Shown piece by piece: positions 6,363 to 10,131 of a stretch of 10,131 bases of DNA (position 1 is its first letter; every line of letters starts with the position of its first letter). The position numbers were made by a program, and so were the translations under genes. This stretch comes from an uncultured bacterium. GTDB lineage: Bacteria; Zixibacteria; MSB-5A5; JAABVY01; JAHJOQ01. Where the stretch lies: NCBI GenBank assembly GCA_965369655.1, contig CBDUQR010000066.1:1-10131 (forward strand). The letters are read 5' to 3'. The notes below the pieces were generated by a model that was not told the DNA's origin, did no database searches, and was given only the letters and a program-made list of their open reading frames with translations.

Positions 6363-7322
6363 ATGGACCACTGGGAGTTCAAACCCAAATCCAGAGTAAG
6401 AGAGTTTCTCGGCGAGAAACTCATTTCGACATGCGCACTTTCCGCGCTCATTGTCGTACTGTTGATATTCGTCTTTATCTTCAAAGAGTCGCTGCCGATT
6501 TTCACCGATAATTTCATCAAGGAAGAAGCGAGCTTCGACAAGATGGTATTCCAGCAGGAATACTACGAGGACAAACCGGCTAAATGGTCGTGGCAGCCAA
6601 ATTCAGACATTCCGAAGTATTCGCTGTTGCCGCTCTTCATAGGCACGCTGAAGGCCGCACTCGTGGCGATGCTTTTTGCGACGCCTCTCGCAGTCGGCGC
6701 TGCGATCTACACATCGGAATTTGCTCCAACGAAGCTCAAGGAGTTCATCAAACCTGTGATTGAGCTTCTCGCAGGGATACCATCGGTCGTGCTCGGGTTT
6801 TTCGCGCTGATTGTGCTGGCGACAATAGTGCAAAATGCTCTCGGTCTGACATTCAGGTTGAATGCCCTTACTGCGGGGATTGCACTTGGTTTGGCAGTAA
6901 TACCAATAGTCTTCACTGTTGCAGAGGACTCGCTTTCTACTGTCCCGGTCTCTCTTCGAGATGCCGCATCAGCTCTCGGCGCGAATCGGTGGCAGGTGTC
7001 GCTCACGATGGTGTTGCCGGCTGCGATTCCGGGTATCTCGGCGGGACTGGTGCTCGGCTTTGGACGAGCCATCGGTGAGACGATGATCGTGTTGATGGCA
7101 TCCGGCAATGCCGCTGTCATATCCGCAAGCCTGACAGACTCGGTCAGAACGTTCTCAGCTACAATTGCCGCCGAACTGGCTGAAGTGGTCTTCGGATCTG
7201 CGCACTACAATGTGCTCTTCTTCATCGGTTCACTTCTGTTCATTTTCACATTCCTGACGAACTTAGGTGGAGACATAGTTCTCGACAGGCTCAAGGTCAG
7301 ATTTCAGGGAAAAAGAGAATAA
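6363..7322 (+). CDS. pstC: Phosphate ABC transporter permease
   Basis: Multiple TM segments. Motifs LLPLFIGTL, KPVIELLAGIPSVVLGFF, EAA-like loop LRDAASALGANRWQ and GRAIGETMIVLM are present. Confidence 0.95.
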   Translation: MDHWEFKPKSRVREFLGEKLISTCALSALIVVLLIFVFIFKESLPIFTDNFIKEEASFDKMVFQQEYYEDKPAKWSWQPNSDIPKYSLLPLFIGTLKAALVAMLFATPLAVGAAIYTSEFAPTKLKEFIKPVIELLAGIPSVVLGFFALIVLATIVQNALGLTFRLNALTAGIALGLAVIPIVFTVAEDSLSTVPVSLRDAASALGANRWQVSLTMVLPAAIPGISAGLVLGFGRAIGETMIVLMASGNAAVISASLTDSVRTFSATIAAELAEVVFGSAHYNVLFFIGSLLFIFTFLTNLGGDIVLDRLKVRFQGKRE

Positions 7323-8281
7323 TGCAGGCGCAGCATACATCAACGACAGTCGAAGTTATCATTCGTCAAGCGACTGCAAGAACCAGCAGAGTTGGGCAGA
7401 TTTCAGTCGGGTTGACCATGACCGCAGTCGTGATAATCGTAGTAATGCTGGCAGTGATTCTTTTCAATGTCGTCTATCACGGGGCCGGGATTATCGGTTG
7501 GGATTTCCTGTCGAGCCCGCCGGAGGACGGCATGGAAAGCGGCGGCATATTCCCAGCGATCTTCGGCACAGTTGCGCTCGTGATACTCATGGTGATCGCT
7601 GTAGTCCCGATCGGTGTCCTGACAGCCGTGTATTTGCAGGAGTATACCAGTCCTGACTCGAAAGTGATGAGACTGATCCGCATTGCAATCTCGAATCTGG
7701 CGGGTGTGCCATCGATCGTGTTTGGATTGTTCGGGCTCGGGTTCTTCATCGGGTTTGTCGGGAGCGGTATCGATTCGATGTTCTTCGATTCCGCGCGGCC
7801 TGTCTGGGGACAGCCCGCAATCATCTGGGCGGCGCTCACGCTTTCAATTCTCACGCTGCCTGTCGTGATCATCTCGACCGAGGAAGCTCTGCGGACCATA
7901 CCGGTTGAACTCAGGGAAGCCAGCTACGCTCTCGGCGCCACGAAGCTCCAGACTGTTGTGAGAGTCATAATTCCGCAGGCGTTGCCCGGCATCCTGACCG
8001 GGAGCATTCTCGCAGTCAGTCGTGGCGCGGGCGAAGTCGCTCCTATCATGTTCACAGGCGCGGCATACTATCTGCCGTATCTGCCGTCGAAGCTCAACGA
8101 TCAGTTCATGGAACTCGGATACCACATATATGTTATGGCTACTCAGTCACCCGATGTCGAGAAAACCAAGCCGATACTGTATGGCACAGTACTCGTGCTG
8201 CTTGCATTGACTTTCATGCTGAATTTCGTGGCCATAATGGTCCGTTCCCGTATGAGAAGGGCAAGAGCTCATGCACGATAA
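7322..8281 (+). CDS. pstA: Phosphate ABC transporter permease
   Basis: TAATG overlap with pstC. Motifs [43 protein letters not shown] and [10 protein letters not shown] are present. Confidence 0.95.
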   Translation: MQAQHTSTTVEVIIRQATARTSRVGQISVGLTMTAVVIIVVMLAVILFNVVYHGAGIIGWDFLSSPPEDGMESGGIFPAIFGTVALVILMVIAVVPIGVLTAVYLQEYTSPDSKVMRLIRIAISNLAGVPSIVFGLFGLGFFIGFVGSGIDSMFFDSARPVWGQPAIIWAALTLSILTLPVVIISTEEALRTIPVELREASYALGATKLQTVVRVIIPQALPGILTGSILAVSRGAGEVAPIMFTGAAYYLPYLPSKLNDQFMELGYHIYVMATQSPDVEKTKPILYGTVLVLLALTFMLNFVAIMVRSRMRRARAHAR

Positions 8282-9098
8282 ATCCGTTATCGAGAGAACA
8301 GTCGCAAGCAAGGCCGGAACGCCGAACGGTGATTCACAGAATCCTGAACTCAAGATGCAGATCAAGGGACTTAATTTCTTCTATGGCGCTAACCAGGTGC
8401 TCTTCAATGTCTCGATGGATATCAGGAAGAACAAAGTCACTGCTCTGATCGGCCCGTCAGGTTGCGGCAAGTCGACGTTTATACGGACGCTGAACAGGAT
8501 GAATGAGACCATACCTGGTACGAAGATGACCGGCACGGTACTGCTTGACGGCATCGATATATACAGCGAAATCAAAGATGTCTCCGCCGTCAGGAGGCGT
8601 GTTGGAATGGTATTCCAGAAATCCAACCCGTTTCCGAAATCGATCTTCAACAATGTTGCGTACGGTTTGAAAGTGAACGGTGTAACCGATAGAGGTTTGA
8701 TCGCCGAAGCCGTGGAAAATGCGCTCAAGGATGCTTTCCTCTGGAACGAAGTCAAAGACAAGCTCGATGTCAGCGCCTATATGCTTTCGGGCGGGCAGCA
8801 GCAACGGGTCTGTATCGCGAGAGCGCTTGCCGTCAAGCCCGAAGTCATTCTGATGGACGAGCCTGCATCCGCGCTCGATCCGATATCGACTTCAAAGATC
8901 GAAGAGCTGATTGGCGAACTCAAGAAAAGTTATACAATAGTAATTGTGACTCACAATATGCAGCAGGCAGGGCGAATCTCCGACCATACCGGGTTTTTCT
9001 ACCAGGGCGTGATGGTCGAGTTTGATCGCACGAAGAAAATATTCACGAATCCTGAGAAACAGGAAACGGAAGACTATATCACAGGGCGATTCGGATAA
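8271..9098 (+). CDS. pstB: Phosphate ABC transporter ATP-binding protein
   Basis: Walker [15 protein letters not shown], signature LSGGQQQR, Walker [15 protein letters not shown] and the typical C-terminus EDYITGRFG. It overlaps pstA by 11 nt. An alternative ATG lies at 8355. Confidence 0.96.
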   Translation: MHDKSVIERTVASKAGTPNGDSQNPELKMQIKGLNFFYGANQVLFNVSMDIRKNKVTALIGPSGCGKSTFIRTLNRMNETIPGTKMTGTVLLDGIDIYSEIKDVSAVRRRVGMVFQKSNPFPKSIFNNVAYGLKVNGVTDRGLIAEAVENALKDAFLWNEVKDKLDVSAYMLSGGQQQRVCIARALAVKPEVILMDEPASALDPISTSKIEELIGELKKSYTIVIVTHNMQQAGRISDHTGFFYQGVMVEFDRTKKIFTNPEKQETEDYITGRFG

Positions 9099-9114
9099 GA
9101 GAGGGAGTTAGAAC

Positions 9115-9774
9115 ATGGTTGTGCGTCTTCAGAGAGAAATCGAAAAACTCAAGCGGATGATAGTCCAGTTGAGTACCCAGGTCGAGGAGGCGGTGTATAA
9201 ATCGGTCAAGTCGGTATCCGACCGAGATATCAAACTCGCCGAGAAGGTTATCAGAAACGATGTTCGTATAGACCAGATGGAGATCGACGTCGAGGAGGAA
9301 TGCCTCAAGATACTCGCGCTGCATCAACCGGTCGCTGTCGATCTCAGGTTCCTCGTGGCAATTCTCAAGATGAACAACGATCTGGAGCGGATTGGCGATC
9401 TCGCGGTGAACATAGCGAAGGGCGCTACATTCCTCGGCAAGCGCGAGTCTGTCGTTGTGCCGTATGACTACCCCGGGATGTCCGCCAAAGTGCAGGTCAT
9501 GCTCAGGACTTGTCTCGATGCTATGATCAATCTCGACAAAGAAACCGCCAGAAAAGTTCTCGAAATGGACGACGAGATCGATGACATCCACAGGGATATG
9601 TATAAGCGGGTCGGACAAGAAATTCAGGCGCACCCGGAATGCGTCGACAGGCTGATAAGAATGCTGAATGTTTCAAGACAGCTGGAGAGAATAGCCGATC
9701 ACACTACGAATATCGCCGAGGACATTATCTACATGGTCGACGGCGAAATCGTGCGGCACCAATTGCAGTTGTAA
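9115..9774 (+). CDS. phoU: Phosphate signalling complex protein PhoU
   Basis: RBS GAGGGAG. Motifs ILALHQPVAVDLR, DLERIGDLAVNIA, MDDEID and LERIADHTTNIAEDIIY give the two PhoU repeats. Confidence 0.95.
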   Translation: MVVRLQREIEKLKRMIVQLSTQVEEAVYKSVKSVSDRDIKLAEKVIRNDVRIDQMEIDVEEECLKILALHQPVAVDLRFLVAILKMNNDLERIGDLAVNIAKGATFLGKRESVVVPYDYPGMSAKVQVMLRTCLDAMINLDKETARKVLEMDDEIDDIHRDMYKRVGQEIQAHPECVDRLIRMLNVSRQLERIADHTTNIAEDIIYMVDGEIVRHQLQL

Positions 9775-9962
9775 CAGACAGATATATCTAAGAACCATCT
9801 TTTACCTTTATTTACGTATAGGAAAGTATAAATGCATTTTCTTCTCTCGATAAAAACATCAAAAACATAAGAAAACAACATTATTTTAATTATCGAAACA
9901 GACCTCATGAAAAGGAGAAAAAGGATATTAAAAGCGGTAAAAAAACGTTTATATTTATTCAT
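9729..9962 (-). CDS. Possible small hypothetical protein or remnant of a gene's 5' end (77 aa, basic then hydrophobic N-terminus)
   Basis: The minus strand reads GGGAGGTAATAGAT-ATG, a near-ideal Shine-Dalgarno. The frame is open for 77 codons in DNA of about 26% GC. No recognisable family. The last 46 nt overlap phoU. Confidence 0.35.
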   Translation of the reverse strand: MNKYKRFFTAFNILFLLFMRSVSIIKIMLFSYVFDVFIERRKCIYTFLYVNKGKRWFLDISVCYNCNWCRTISPSTM

Positions 9963-10131
9963 ATCTATTACCTCCCTGAAAAACGCGCAATGTTAAAATG
10001 AATCTTCCAACAGATTTTAAATTGGTTTCGATTGCTACAAATGCAAGAGCAATAAATGCGAAAATCGGGCTGAAATTGTACGTCTTCAGACAATCCGGAC
10101 ATCTGGACTTCATAATTTAAGCCACAGTTTG

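Noticed and set aside
5953..6541. ORFs 5953..6159 (-), 6027..6281 (+), 6156..6371 (-) and 6206..6541 (-)
   Set aside because: They largely translate the palindromic repeats (SSFPRRRES, LDSCLRR, VIARSGATWRS). They have no convincing RBS and no GIY-YIG or transposase motifs.
624..9633. Long minus-strand ORFs opposite the main genes (e.g. 2319..3077, 4754..5380, 9079..9633) and short out-of-frame plus ORFs
   Set aside because: They overlap well-supported genes and show no recognisable motifs. They are the expected shadow ORFs of coding DNA at this GC content.
10023..10124. Sigma-54-like promoters (TGGTTTCGATTGCT on +; TGGCTTAAATTATGAA on -)
   Set aside because: The first has GG-N8-GC spacing instead of N10. 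The second has GA rather than GC at -12.

Overview
Most of this window is an intact, + strand phosphate-starvation (Pho) locus from a diderm bacterium: phoB-phoR, a putative outer-membrane porin (Porin_5-like), pstS, pstC, pstA, pstB and phoU. Two arrays of four hexamers at exact 11-bp spacing (consensus about YTAACA, Pho-box-like) lie upstream of phoB and of the porin. The 460-bp pstS-pstC gap holds three palindromic repeat types: a REP-like doublet, and two CGTC-tagged inverted pairs nested one inside the other, the inner one matching the dRS3 consensus. At the left end an IS481-family transposase N-terminus is joined directly to a 5'-truncated TPR gene. At the right end GC falls abruptly to about 31% after the phoU stop, and a small convergent ORF with a strong RBS starts there. 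The core system is well known. The less-described aspects are the apparent Pho control of this porin family and the nested repeat cassette. I see no convincing evidence of a wholly new system. All family assignments come from motif recognition, not database searches.
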